Shown: in pieces, positions 9,993-19,199 of the stretch | Numbering within the stretch: position 1 is the first letter of the stretch | Layout of the letters: every line of letters begins with the position of its first letter | DNA from: Hydrurus foetidus | Lineage: Eukaryota | Direction of reading: 5' to 3' | Assembly: GCA_900617105.1 (NCBI GenBank) | Contig: UYFQ01000032.1 | Span: 248,001-312,000 of the forward strand | DNA: 64,000 bases | Notes under the pieces: generated by a model | Databases searched by the model: none | What the model saw: the letters and a program-made list of their open reading frames with translations, nothing else | Told to the model about the DNA's origin: nothing | Program-made: the position numbers and the translations under genes

Positions 9993-10038
9993 TGAATAAC
10001 CGCACGCGATTTAACCCCACATTTCTACAGGAGTCTCT

Positions 10039-11634
10039 GTGAACACCTTGACCACGCTTGCAGATGAGTTCCCGCCCCAGAACCGTACCTTGCCATGGAT
10101 GCTGGAGCGACAAGCCCTGTGTTTCGGGGAACGCCTGCTGTTCGCCGCTGGCGAGGTGCGCTGGAGCTATTCCGATGCGCTGCGTACCGCGCAAACCTAT
10201 GGCATGGCGCTGCAGGATGCCGGTATACGCGTCGGTGACCGGGTGGCACTGCTGTGCTCAAACCGGGCCGAATTCATGCAGACCTTTTTGGGCTGCGCAT
10301 GGATCGGCGCCGTCACGGTGCCGATCAACACCGCTTCGCGCGGTGCGCAACTTCGCCACATCTTGATGAATTCCGGTGCACGCTTGCTGGTCACGGAAAA
10401 CGAAGGGCTTCAAGCCGTGCGAGGGCTTGAGATGCTGGGTGGCGTTGCATTGGAAAAAATCTGGCTGGTGGGTGCGAATGCCGCAACGCAAGGATGTACT
10501 ACCTTCCCAACCACCTTGTCGGTCTCTGCGCCCGCAGCCGCAGTACACCCTGGCGACACGCTGGCCATCCTCTACACCTCGGGCACAACGGGTCTGTCCA
10601 AAGGCGTTTGCTGTCCGCACGCGCAATTTTTCTGGTGGGGCGCGCACAGCAGCATGCTGTTGGGCATTGGACAGAGCGATATCCTGTTGACCACCTTGCC
10701 CCTGTTCCACACCAACGCCATGAACGCTTTTTTCCAAGCGCTGCTCAGTGGCTCGACGCTGATCGTAGAAAAGCGCTTCTCCGCATCGGCTTTTTGGGAG
10801 TCATTGGTTAGGCACAAAGCCACCGTAACTTACGTGCTCGGTGCAATGGTGCCCATTCTGCTGTCCAAGGCCCTGTCGGTGCACGATCGAGCGCATGGCG
10901 TGCGCGTCGCGCTGGCTCCCGGTGTGCCACCGCAATTCCACGCCGATTTCACTGAACGCTTCGGCATGTGCTTGCTCGATGGCTATGGTTCAACCGAAAC
11001 CAACTTTGTCATCGGTGCCGAACTGTCCGAACAACGGCCAGGAACCATGGGCAAAGTGCGCCTCGGTTTTGAGGCTCGCGTGGTTGATGACGCCGATAAC
11101 GAACTCCCATGCGGAACGCCAGGCGAACTGCTGCTGCGCGCCAGCGAGCCCTATGCCTTTGCCACCGGCTACTTCGGCATGGCCGACAAGACCGTGGAAG
11201 CCTGGCGTAACCTGTGGTTCCACACTGGCGATCGGGTAGTCTGTGACACCAAAGGTTACTTCACGTTCATAGACCGGCTTAAGGACGCCATCAGGCGGCG
11301 CGGCGAGAACATTTCTTCGTACGAGGTCGAGCAAGTCCTGTTGAGCCACCCATTGATCGAGGTGGCTGCGGTCTATCCGGTCAAGAGCGAAATGGCTGAA
11401 GACGAGGTCATGACAGCCATTGTGCTGCGCGAGGGCGCACAGCTCGACGAGGCGGCACTGATGCGGTTTTGTGAACCCCGTATGGCCTATTTTGCGGTGC
11501 CGCGATTCGTGGAATACCTGAGCCAACTGCCTTCAACCGAGAACGGCAAGATTCAGAAATTCAAGCTGCGGGAACGTGGCGTGACTGATGCGACCTGGGA
11601 TCGCGAGGTCGCTGGCTACAAGCTGGCGCGTTGA
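10039..11634 (+). CDS. ATP-dependent acyl-CoA ligase (CaiC-like); IadF-like
   Basis: YTSGTTGLSKG, GYGSTE, WFHTGD, RRRGENIS and GKIQK motifs; AGGAG before GTG. Confidence 0.9.
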   Translation: MNTLTTLADEFPPQNRTLPWMLERQALCFGERLLFAAGEVRWSYSDALRTAQTYGMALQDAGIRVGDRVALLCSNRAEFMQTFLGCAWIGAVTVPINTASRGAQLRHILMNSGARLLVTENEGLQAVRGLEMLGGVALEKIWLVGANAATQGCTTFPTTLSVSAPAAAVHPGDTLAILYTSGTTGLSKGVCCPHAQFFWWGAHSSMLLGIGQSDILLTTLPLFHTNAMNAFFQALLSGSTLIVEKRFSASAFWESLVRHKATVTYVLGAMVPILLSKALSVHDRAHGVRVALAPGVPPQFHADFTERFGMCLLDGYGSTETNFVIGAELSEQRPGTMGKVRLGFEARVVDDADNELPCGTPGELLLRASEPYAFATGYFGMADKTVEAWRNLWFHTGDRVVCDTKGYFTFIDRLKDAIRRRGENISSYEVEQVLLSHPLIEVAAVYPVKSEMAEDEVMTAIVLREGAQLDEAALMRFCEPRMAYFAVPRFVEYLSQLPSTENGKIQKFKLRERGVTDATWDREVAGYKLAR

Positions 11635-11639
11635 ATACC

Positions 11640-12818
11640 ATGACAAAACGTCATTCACGAAGAGGCTACGAAGGTGTAGCCGTTGCTGTTCCTGTTACCG
11701 TGCCCTACGAACGCTACACCCCACGTGGAGCGTACTGGTTTCTGGGCCAAGCGCTGCAGGCCTTGCTGAAGCAGTCGGGTCTAGTCAAGGCGCAAATTGA
11801 CGGACTCACTGTCAGCAGTTTCTCACTCTCGCCTGATACGGCGGTGGGTGTGACCCAGCATCTGGGCCTGTCGCCGCGCTGGCTCGACCACATTCCAACT
11901 GGCGGAGCCTCGGGTGTGATGGCGCTACGCCGCGCAGCGCGGGCGGTGCAGGCCGGTGATGCGGACATCGTCGCCTGCGTGGCCGCTGATACCAACCATG
12001 TGGACTCATTCCGCCAAACGTTGGGCAGCTTCAGCAACTTCGCGCGCGACGCCACCTACCCTTATGGCGCGGGCGGACCGAATTCGATGTTCGCCTTCAT
12101 TACTGACTACTACATGCGCACGTATGGCGCCACACGCGAAGATTTTGGCCGCATCGCGGTCGATCAGCGCAGCAATGCGCTGAAAAACCCCAATGCTCTG
12201 TTCAAAAAACCCCTGACGCTGGACGATTACATGGCGGCCAAAGCCATCTCGGCGCCCATCCACCTGCTCGACTGCGTCATGCCTTGCGCTGGTGCCGAAG
12301 CTTTCTTGGTGATGAGCGAATCGCGGGCACGCGAATTGGGCCTGTCGCACGTGCTGGTGCGTGGTGCGATAGAGCGCCACAACGCCTATGCAGACGATCC
12401 AGTGATGGTGCGCGGTGGCTGGCGCATGGACCGTGACGAGCTCTACGCCATGGCCGGGGTGCAGCCAGCGAACATCGACTTCATCCAGACCTACGATGAC
12501 TACCCCGTCATCGTGATGATGCAATTTGAGGATTTGGGGTTTTGCGACAAAGGCGAGGGGCCAGCCTTCGTACGTGCGCACCGCATGACGCACGACGGCG
12601 ACTTCCCCAATAACACCAGTGGCGGCCAGTTGTCGGCTGGACAGGCGGGCGCGGCGGGCGGTTTTCTGGGTTTAACAGAAGCCATGCGCCAACTTACCGA
12701 TCAGGCAGGTGAGCGTGCGGTGCCCAACGCCCGGCTTGGCCTGGTGGGAGGCTTTGGTATGGTGACTTATGACCGTTGCCTATGCACGGGTGCTGTGATT
12801 CTGGAGAAAACCGAATGA
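11640..12818 (+). CDS. Thiolase-family (SCP2-like) protein; IadG-like
   Basis: GGASG, LLDCVMPCAGA, YDDYP and NTSGGQLSAG motifs. Confidence 0.85.
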   Translation: MTKRHSRRGYEGVAVAVPVTVPYERYTPRGAYWFLGQALQALLKQSGLVKAQIDGLTVSSFSLSPDTAVGVTQHLGLSPRWLDHIPTGGASGVMALRRAARAVQAGDADIVACVAADTNHVDSFRQTLGSFSNFARDATYPYGAGGPNSMFAFITDYYMRTYGATREDFGRIAVDQRSNALKNPNALFKKPLTLDDYMAAKAISAPIHLLDCVMPCAGAEAFLVMSESRARELGLSHVLVRGAIERHNAYADDPVMVRGGWRMDRDELYAMAGVQPANIDFIQTYDDYPVIVMMQFEDLGFCDKGEGPAFVRAHRMTHDGDFPNNTSGGQLSAGQAGAAGGFLGLTEAMRQLTDQAGERAVPNARLGLVGGFGMVTYDRCLCTGAVILEKTE

Positions 12819-12889
12819 GCCAATTGACTCAACAAATCTCGGCGATGGCAGCTGCCTACTTGGAGTCAACCCAGGAACGAAAGGATTAA
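12815..12889 (+). CDS. Possible 24-aa mini-ORF MSQLTQQISAMAAAYLESTQERKD
   Basis: ATGA overlap with the thiolase stop, GGAG 8 nt upstream, and a stop 2 nt before the next ATG. Confidence 0.3.
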   Translation: MSQLTQQISAMAAAYLESTQERKD

Positions 12890-12891
12890 GG

Positions 12892-14145
12892 ATGAGCATC
12901 CCCATGCCTCGCCCCAAGCGCAAGAACCCGGTTCTGCGCACACCACAAATCAACCTCCCCCCCAGCGCGCGCGGTCGTGTGGCGCTGGGCCTCACGGCGG
13001 CGGCTGCCGAGGGCCGCTTCGAGCTGCAAGTCTGCACAGACTGCGGATCCGTGCAGTATCCGCCGCGTGAGGCCTGTCATTGTTGTATCTCGCCTAGTCT
13101 GCAGTGGCGGGCGCAATCGGGCACAGGCCACCTGCTAGCTGAGACCACGCTGGATCACAGCAACGACCTGTACTTCCGCGAACGCCTGCCCTGGCGGTTG
13201 GGCATGGTGAAACTGGATGCTGGCCCTAGCGTGATGGTGCACCTGCATGCTGAAGTGGGCGTAGCACCAGCTCGCTTGCGGGTTGGTGCCCGACTTGACC
13301 GCGCAGGTCAGGCCGTTTTGATTGGATTTCCTGAGAAAGAGAGTATCAACATGGCAAACGACAAGATTCTGCGTGAGATGAGCAGTGCCCCACAATTCCG
13401 CAAGGTGCTCGTCACAGATGGCAAGACGGCCATGGGCCAGTCCATGGTGCACGCCCTGATCAAGGCTGGAGCCGACATCGTTTGGGTCGGCCATGCAGAA
13501 CCCTGGAAAAAACTGCCAGGCCTGGCCGAAATCGCTACGCTGCCGCAAGTTACGCTGGTGCCACTTGATGTGAGCGACGAGCGCTCGGTGAGTGAACTGG
13601 CCGGAGAGATAGGTGGCAAGGTCGATATCATGATCAACACTGCCGAGTTACACCGCAGCTTCGGCATCAGTGCACGCCGTGGCACCGATGTGGCCAAGGC
13701 AGAGATGGAGGTCAACTACTTCGGTCTGCTGCGCCTAGCGCAGGCCTTCGGCCCGGCGCTCAAGAGCCGGGCAGCCGACGGTATGGCTCACGCAACGGCC
13801 TGGGTCAATGTGCTTTCCATCTACGCGCTTTCAAACTTTCCGTCACACGGCACCTTTTCCGCCTCGAAGGCGGCTGCGTTGTCACTGGCGCAATGCCTGC
13901 GCGCTGAGATGCGACCTGCAGGCATCCGCGTTATCAATGTATTTCCTGGTCCTGTGGACGACGAGTGGAACCAAAACATGCCACCACCCAAGCTCAGCGT
14001 CAAAGCACTGGCATCAGCCATCGTCAACGCGCTGCAGGACGGCGTGGAAGACATCTATCCTGGAGACGTGGCACAGGAGTGGCTAAGCCGCTGGCGCGAC
14101 AACCCCAAGATCCTTGAACGTGAACTGGCTGCAGGAGGTTTTTGA
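12892..14145 (+). CDS. Zn-ribbon/OB-fold (DUF35) fused to an SDR domain; IadH-like
   Basis: CTDCGSVQYPPREACHCC zinc ribbon plus OB fold, then an SDR domain (VLVTDG, FSASKAA, NVFPGP). Confidence 0.85.
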   Translation: MSIPMPRPKRKNPVLRTPQINLPPSARGRVALGLTAAAAEGRFELQVCTDCGSVQYPPREACHCCISPSLQWRAQSGTGHLLAETTLDHSNDLYFRERLPWRLGMVKLDAGPSVMVHLHAEVGVAPARLRVGARLDRAGQAVLIGFPEKESINMANDKILREMSSAPQFRKVLVTDGKTAMGQSMVHALIKAGADIVWVGHAEPWKKLPGLAEIATLPQVTLVPLDVSDERSVSELAGEIGGKVDIMINTAELHRSFGISARRGTDVAKAEMEVNYFGLLRLAQAFGPALKSRAADGMAHATAWVNVLSIYALSNFPSHGTFSASKAAALSLAQCLRAEMRPAGIRVINVFPGPVDDEWNQNMPPPKLSVKALASAIVNALQDGVEDIYPGDVAQEWLSRWRDNPKILERELAAGGF

Positions 14146-14146
14146 C

Positions 14147-14950
14147 ATGAATGAGACTCAAATTCTTAGTGACTTGGTCGCCGCTCTGGCCACCGGCCGC
14201 ATCCGCGTTATTGATCTCACACAAACGCTGACGCCCGAATTCCCAGCCATCGTGCTCCCCCCCGAAATGGGGCAATGCCAACCCTTTCGTACAGAGCAGA
14301 TTTCAGCGTATGACGAACGCGGCCCCGGTTGGTACTGGAACAACTTTTCCTGCGGCGAGCATACCGGGACCCACTTCGATGCGCCCATTCACTGGATTTC
14401 GGGCCGCGACCTGCCCAACAACGCTGTAGACACGATTCCTCCTCAGCACTTCGTCGCGCCAGCCTGCGTCATTGATTGCTCTGCGCAAGCGGCAGCTAAC
14501 CCCGACTATCTGATGACGTTAACCGACATCCAGGCTTTTGAGGCAGTGCATGGCCGTATCCCCAACGGAGCTTGGGTATTGATGCGTACCGACTGGTCGC
14601 GACGTTGGACCAAGGGTCACAATGGCGAAGCCTTCCAGAATATGGACGAGAGTGGCCAGCACACGCCCGGACCCAGTACAGAGGCCGTGGAATTTCTGGT
14701 TGAGCAGCGCGACGTGCTGGGCTTCGGCTCGGAAGCCATTGGCACCGACGCCGGTCAGGGCTATCACCTTCGCCCACCTTACCCCTGCCATTCATTGATG
14801 CACGGTGCGGGCAAGTATGGCCTGCAGTGCCTGACTAACCTGGATCAGCTGCCGCCGAAGGGAGCGGTGATCCTCAGCGCGCCCCTGAAAATACAGAAGG
14901 GCAGCGGCAGCCCCTTGCGCGTGCTGGCGTTGATTGGAGATGCGGCATGA
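14147..14950 (+). CDS. Cyclase / kynurenine formamidase / isatin hydrolase family; IadI-like
   Basis: Metal motif EHTGTHFDAPIH and GSGSPLR C-terminus; AGGAGG RBS. Confidence 0.9.
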   Translation: MNETQILSDLVAALATGRIRVIDLTQTLTPEFPAIVLPPEMGQCQPFRTEQISAYDERGPGWYWNNFSCGEHTGTHFDAPIHWISGRDLPNNAVDTIPPQHFVAPACVIDCSAQAAANPDYLMTLTDIQAFEAVHGRIPNGAWVLMRTDWSRRWTKGHNGEAFQNMDESGQHTPGPSTEAVEFLVEQRDVLGFGSEAIGTDAGQGYHLRPPYPCHSLMHGAGKYGLQCLTNLDQLPPKGAVILSAPLKIQKGSGSPLRVLALIGDAA

Positions 14951-15675
14951 GTGCACACAAGGTAGCCGCTGTCACGGGCGGCAGCGCCGGCATCGGCAAA
15001 GTGATTTGCGAACAACTGCTGGCACAGGGCTACGAGGTCGTCTCGCTCGCACGCCGCCGCACCGATATCGACCACCCCAAGTTGCACAGTATCGAAGTCG
15101 ACCTGAGCGACCGGGTCGCCACCGGCGAAGCGGTGCGCGAGATGGTGCAGCGCTTCGAGGTGACCACGCTGGTGCACAACGCCGGCGTGATCCGAGCCGC
15201 ACTGCTGCCCGATGTGAAGCTTGACGATCTGGACGCACTGGTTGACCTGCACTTAGGCTGCGCCATCCAAATGCTACAGGCTGCGCTGCCGCACATGCGC
15301 GAGCGGCGCTTCGGCCGCGTGGTGTTGCTGTCCTCACGCGCAGCTTTAGGCTTGGCCACGCGCACCAGCTACTCTGCAACCAAGGCCGGCATGCTGGGCA
15401 TGGCACGCACGTGGGCGCTCGAACTGGCGCCTGAAGGCATCACCGTCAATGTGGTAGCACCCGGCCCGATTCGCACGGATATGTTCTACGACGTGGTCGA
15501 GCAGGGCAGTGAAAAAGAACGCCAACTTGCCGCCTCGGTGCCGGTGCGGCGACTGGGAGAGTCAGCCGACGTAGCACGAGCCGTCAACTTCTTCGTCGAC
15601 CCGGCTAACGGCTTTGTAACCGGCCAAGTGCTGTACGTCTGTGGCGGCACCAGTATTGGCAGCCTAGCACTCTGA
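14947..15675 (+). CDS. Short-chain dehydrogenase/reductase; IadJ-like
   Basis: TGGSAGIG, HNAG and YSATK motifs. Confidence 0.9.
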   Translation: MSAHKVAAVTGGSAGIGKVICEQLLAQGYEVVSLARRRTDIDHPKLHSIEVDLSDRVATGEAVREMVQRFEVTTLVHNAGVIRAALLPDVKLDDLDALVDLHLGCAIQMLQAALPHMRERRFGRVVLLSSRAALGLATRTSYSATKAGMLGMARTWALELAPEGITVNVVAPGPIRTDMFYDVVEQGSEKERQLAASVPVRRLGESADVARAVNFFVDPANGFVTGQVLYVCGGTSIGSLAL

Positions 15676-15705
15676 AAACAAACTCTACTCAACCTGGACG
15701 AAAAG

Positions 15706-16704
15706 ATGTCACACATACCATTTTCTGCTCTTCGATGGATACAGCTATGCCTGCTTGCTCTAGGTGTGAGTTTGGCTAACGCCGGGGCCTGGGCACAGGC
15801 AGCACCGCCCTGGCCCAGCAAGCCCATACGTGTTGTGGTTGCGTTCCCAGCGGGGGGTCTGGCCGATGTCATGGCCCGCATGCTGGCACCGCAACTCGGC
15901 GAGGCACTAGGCCAGCCTGTGATCATCGACAACCGTGGCGGCGCCAGCGGCAACGTGGCGGCGATAGAACTGATGCGCAACGGTGGGGATGGTCATACCT
16001 TCATGGTCAATGTAACCACCATCGAATCAGTCAATCCGTTGATGTTTGAGCGCATGCCCTTGGATCCAACCAAAGACTTACAGCACGTAGCCTTGCTTGC
16101 CAACACGCAGCTGTTCCTGATCACACGGCCCACGCTGGTGGCCAACACACTCAAGGAATTTGTGGCCTACGCCAAAGCGAACCCAGGCAAACTGAGCTAC
16201 GGCTCCGCCGGCAACGGCACCACGCCGCATATCGCGGGCGAGTTGTTTAAACAGGAGGCGGGAATATTCGCCACCCACATTCCTTACCGTGGTGCAGCCC
16301 CGGCCATCCAAGACGTGATGGCAGGACAGATTGATTTCGCATTCGCGCCAGGTACGGTTTTTCAGAGCGTCAGGGCTGGCAAACTCAAGCTGCTGGGCGT
16401 AGCAAGCCGCCAGCGTACCCCAAACTACCCCAGCGCTCCCACGGTGGAGGAAGCAGGTTTTGGCAAGGTATACGTTGATGCACCGTTCGCGGTGTATGCG
16501 CCAGCCACCATGCCCGACACACACGTGAGTCGCATGAACCGTGAGATCAACCGCCTGTTGACCTTGCCAGCCATCAAAGCTCGGTTTTCCGAGGTGGGTG
16601 CGGAGGCCTTAGCCATGAGTTCGGCCGAAGTCAAAGCACTGGTTCAGGCCGAGATTGCGCTGTTCGGCCCGGTCGTCAAGGCACGCGGCATTCGAATGGA
16701 CTGA
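15706..16704 (+). CDS. Bug/TctC family substrate-binding protein
   Basis: WPSKPIRVVVAFPAGG, YGSAGNG and HIPYRG motifs; signal peptide. Confidence 0.9.
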   Translation: MSHIPFSALRWIQLCLLALGVSLANAGAWAQAAPPWPSKPIRVVVAFPAGGLADVMARMLAPQLGEALGQPVIIDNRGGASGNVAAIELMRNGGDGHTFMVNVTTIESVNPLMFERMPLDPTKDLQHVALLANTQLFLITRPTLVANTLKEFVAYAKANPGKLSYGSAGNGTTPHIAGELFKQEAGIFATHIPYRGAAPAIQDVMAGQIDFAFAPGTVFQSVRAGKLKLLGVASRQRTPNYPSAPTVEEAGFGKVYVDAPFAVYAPATMPDTHVSRMNREINRLLTLPAIKARFSEVGAEALAMSSAEVKALVQAEIALFGPVVKARGIRMD

Positions 16705-16767
16705 CCCGTAAAACCGCACTGAATACACCATCTTCACAAAGAAAGCCAACATGTGGTCTTGTTCACC

Positions 16768-17568
16768 ATGAAAGTCACCAGCACCATGACATCAACTGTC
16801 TTGCCTTTGACAGGAAAACACGCTCTCGTAACAGGTGCCGGGCATGGAATTGGCGCAGCCATCGCGAAGGAATTGGCCTCATTAGGTGCCCATCTGACGT
16901 TGGTGGGTCGCCATGTATCCGCATTAGAGGAAACTGCGTCGTATCTGCCACCTGATCGGACCCACGTGGTGGCTTGCGACATCACACAGGCACAATCCAT
17001 CGAGCAAGCCTTTGCCAGCGCCCGCATAACCTTTGGCCCGGTGACAGTGCTGGTCAACAATGCAGGGCAGGCCATCAGTGCCCCCTTCAGCAAGACCACG
17101 TTGGCACAGTGGCAAAGCATGCTGGATGTCAACCTCACCGGCACGTTCTTATGTACGCAAGCCGCCCTGCCAGACATGCTATCGGCGCATTGGGGACGTA
17201 TCGTCAACGTGGCCAGCACAGCAGGTCAGCGCGGTTACGCTTATGTGGCAGCTTACGTGGCGGCGAAGCACGGTGTGGTCGGACTGACCCGCTCGCTTGC
17301 GCTGGAACTGGCTACTACGGGCATTACCGTCAATGCCGTTTGCCCGGGCTACACTGACACCAACATCGTGCAAAACAGCGTGGCCAACGTAGTGAAAAAA
17401 ACTGGCCGCAGCGCCGAGGATGCGTTAGCAGAATTCGTCAAATCCAATCCACAGGGTCGCCTTGTGGCCCCCGCCGAGGTAGCCAACGCGGTGGCATGGT
17501 TGTGCAGCAGCGGCACAGCGGCCATCACAGGCCAATGTATTTCCGTTGCAGGTGGCGAGGTGATGTGA
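16768..17568 (+). CDS. SDR family oxidoreductase (3-hydroxybutyrate dehydrogenase-like)
   Basis: TGAGHGIG, NNAG, YVAAKHG and NAVCPGYTDT motifs; start 16768 or 16786. Confidence 0.9.
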   Translation: MKVTSTMTSTVLPLTGKHALVTGAGHGIGAAIAKELASLGAHLTLVGRHVSALEETASYLPPDRTHVVACDITQAQSIEQAFASARITFGPVTVLVNNAGQAISAPFSKTTLAQWQSMLDVNLTGTFLCTQAALPDMLSAHWGRIVNVASTAGQRGYAYVAAYVAAKHGVVGLTRSLALELATTGITVNAVCPGYTDTNIVQNSVANVVKKTGRSAEDALAEFVKSNPQGRLVAPAEVANAVAWLCSSGTAAITGQCISVAGGEVM

Positions 17569-17742
17569 AGTGATTTATCAAGTATTTCAAACGAATGAAG
17601 TCTCTAGGCAGCGCACACATTGGCTTACCTGGATGCCAGTCGAGTACCTGTACTGCGAAATCAGTACTGTTCTCAACTGCAAAGGTGCAACTGACGAGCA
17701 ACAATTCACCGTTGCGAGCAAACTTCTTCGGGATGACGTTTT

Positions 17743-18180
17743 ATGAACAACTTCGAACGCGAACACCTTATTCGTTTCTCTGACTGTGATCCCGCTGGCA
17801 TTGTGTTTTACCCACAATACTTCGTGATGTTCAATGGTCTGGTGGAGGACTGGATCACCGAGGATTTGGGTATTGGCTATTGCACGCTGCTGCTGAAGCG
17901 CCGCGTCGGTCTGCCCACGGTTCGGCTGGAGGCGGATTTCAAGGCCATCAGCCGCATGGGTGACCGGGTGAAACTCTCCCTCTCGGTCGAGCGGCTCGGC
18001 GGTCGTTCGCTCACACTGAACGTGGGTTGCACAGGAGCAGCTGACAACGAGGTTCGCATGGTCTTGCGACAAGTCATTGTCACCACATCGCTGGACACCC
18101 ATCAAGCCATCGACATCCCCTCCGACCTGCGCGCCGCTGTCACGCGCTTTGCCCCAACATCCCAAGCCACTGTTAACTAA
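17743..18180 (+). CDS. Acyl-CoA thioesterase (4-hydroxybenzoyl-CoA thioesterase hotdog family)
   Basis: IRFSDCDPAGIVFYPQY motif. Confidence 0.9.
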   Translation: MNNFEREHLIRFSDCDPAGIVFYPQYFVMFNGLVEDWITEDLGIGYCTLLLKRRVGLPTVRLEADFKAISRMGDRVKLSLSVERLGGRSLTLNVGCTGAADNEVRMVLRQVIVTTSLDTHQAIDIPSDLRAAVTRFAPTSQATVN

Positions 18181-18323
18181 ACCGATCAGCCTCTTCTCAA
18201 GTTCGGACGACCCCATAGTGACCGGCTACGGCCAGAACGATCGGGCACCGCGCGTGCGGACCCTCACTCGAAGCAGTCCAATGCGAGCGTCCTTCGGAAG
18301 ACAGAATATCTTGAAACAAGAAA

Positions 18324-18788
18324 TCAGGATGATCCCCGATGCAACTCAATGATCCTGCGTAAGGTTGTCTTCAGGTTCTCCGCCCGCTTTAACCCAAACG
18401 GCTCCAGCACCCGTCGCTCATGCTCCTTGGCCTGGTAAATCAAGTCAGCAACGATGGTCTGACCTTCGGGGGTAATCCTCACCATCGTCATGCGCCTGTC
18501 TGTGTCGTGCGCGAAGCGCTCCACACAGCCCTTGGCCTCCATGCGGTCAAGCAGTCTCGTGACCGTAGGCTGTTTACTCACCGACACTTGAGCCAAGCCA
18601 CCGATACTCATGCCCTCGCTACCGGTCAGCGTCGCAAGAATGCGCCATTCGGTGATCGAAAAACCGCTGGCTTGCACCACAGCATGGAATTCCGCAGAGA
18701 TCAACTGACTGGCCTGAGCTAGCAAAGCAGCCAGATAGTTGTCAACAAAAGGAATGGCCTCAGGGCTGGTTTGGGTGGTGTCATTCAT
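18324..18788 (-). CDS. MarR family transcriptional regulator (IadR-like context)
   Basis: EWRILATL, QPTVTRLLDRME and DRR...ITPEG winged-helix motifs. Confidence 0.9.
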   Translation of the reverse strand: MNDTTQTSPEAIPFVDNYLAALLAQASQLISAEFHAVVQASGFSITEWRILATLTGSEGMSIGGLAQVSVSKQPTVTRLLDRMEAKGCVERFAHDTDRRMTMVRITPEGQTIVADLIYQAKEHERRVLEPFGLKRAENLKTTLRRIIELHRGSS

Positions 18789-18955
18789 ACCAGAAGCAGG
18801 TATGTGTGCGGTTTACGGAAAATAATGATTCCGATCATGTTTATTTTTGAATAGTCCATCATTAAGCTTTTTTCAAAATCATACATGGTGCTTCCCTTAC
18901 CAAGTATGGGGGCATGAACCCCTTCGGCGAGCCACGATCGGCGCTGACAATCGGA

Positions 18956-18982
18956 CTTAACTGCCCTACCCGAATCAACTCA
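18956..18982 (+). repeat. 27-bp direct repeat, right copy
   Basis: CTTAACTGCCCTACCCGAATCAACTCA; 25/27 identical to 1963-1989. Confidence 0.85.
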
Positions 18983-19160
18983 ATCCGTGTTTTATAAAAC
19001 TGAACAGGGCATGCGGCGTTCACGAGAGGGAAGCAGCAAACATAGCAAGAGCGATAGAAGAAGAGGAAGTACGAACGGCTCGCGGCAATGACATTGCGGC
19101 ATGCGCAAACACAGCAATGAGAAAAGGCAACCAGAACTGTCTAGAACGCCAGAAAGAAGA

Positions 19161-19192
19161 AAGGACTTAGAGTATTTCTACTCTAAGTCCTT
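19161..19192 (-). terminator. Intrinsic terminator of tRNA-Arg
   Basis: Perfect 14-bp stem AAGGACTTAGAGTA-TTTC-TACTCTAAGTCCTT followed by a pyrimidine tract on the minus strand. Confidence 0.85.
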
Positions 19193-19199
19193 GTTCGTT

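Larger units (their letters stand above)
1963..18982. mobile_element. Putative integrase-less genomic island carrying the iad-like locus
   Basis: Flanking 27-bp direct repeats, position just downstream of the tRNA-Arg 3' end, and gene debris at both ends; no recombinase seen. Confidence 0.6.
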
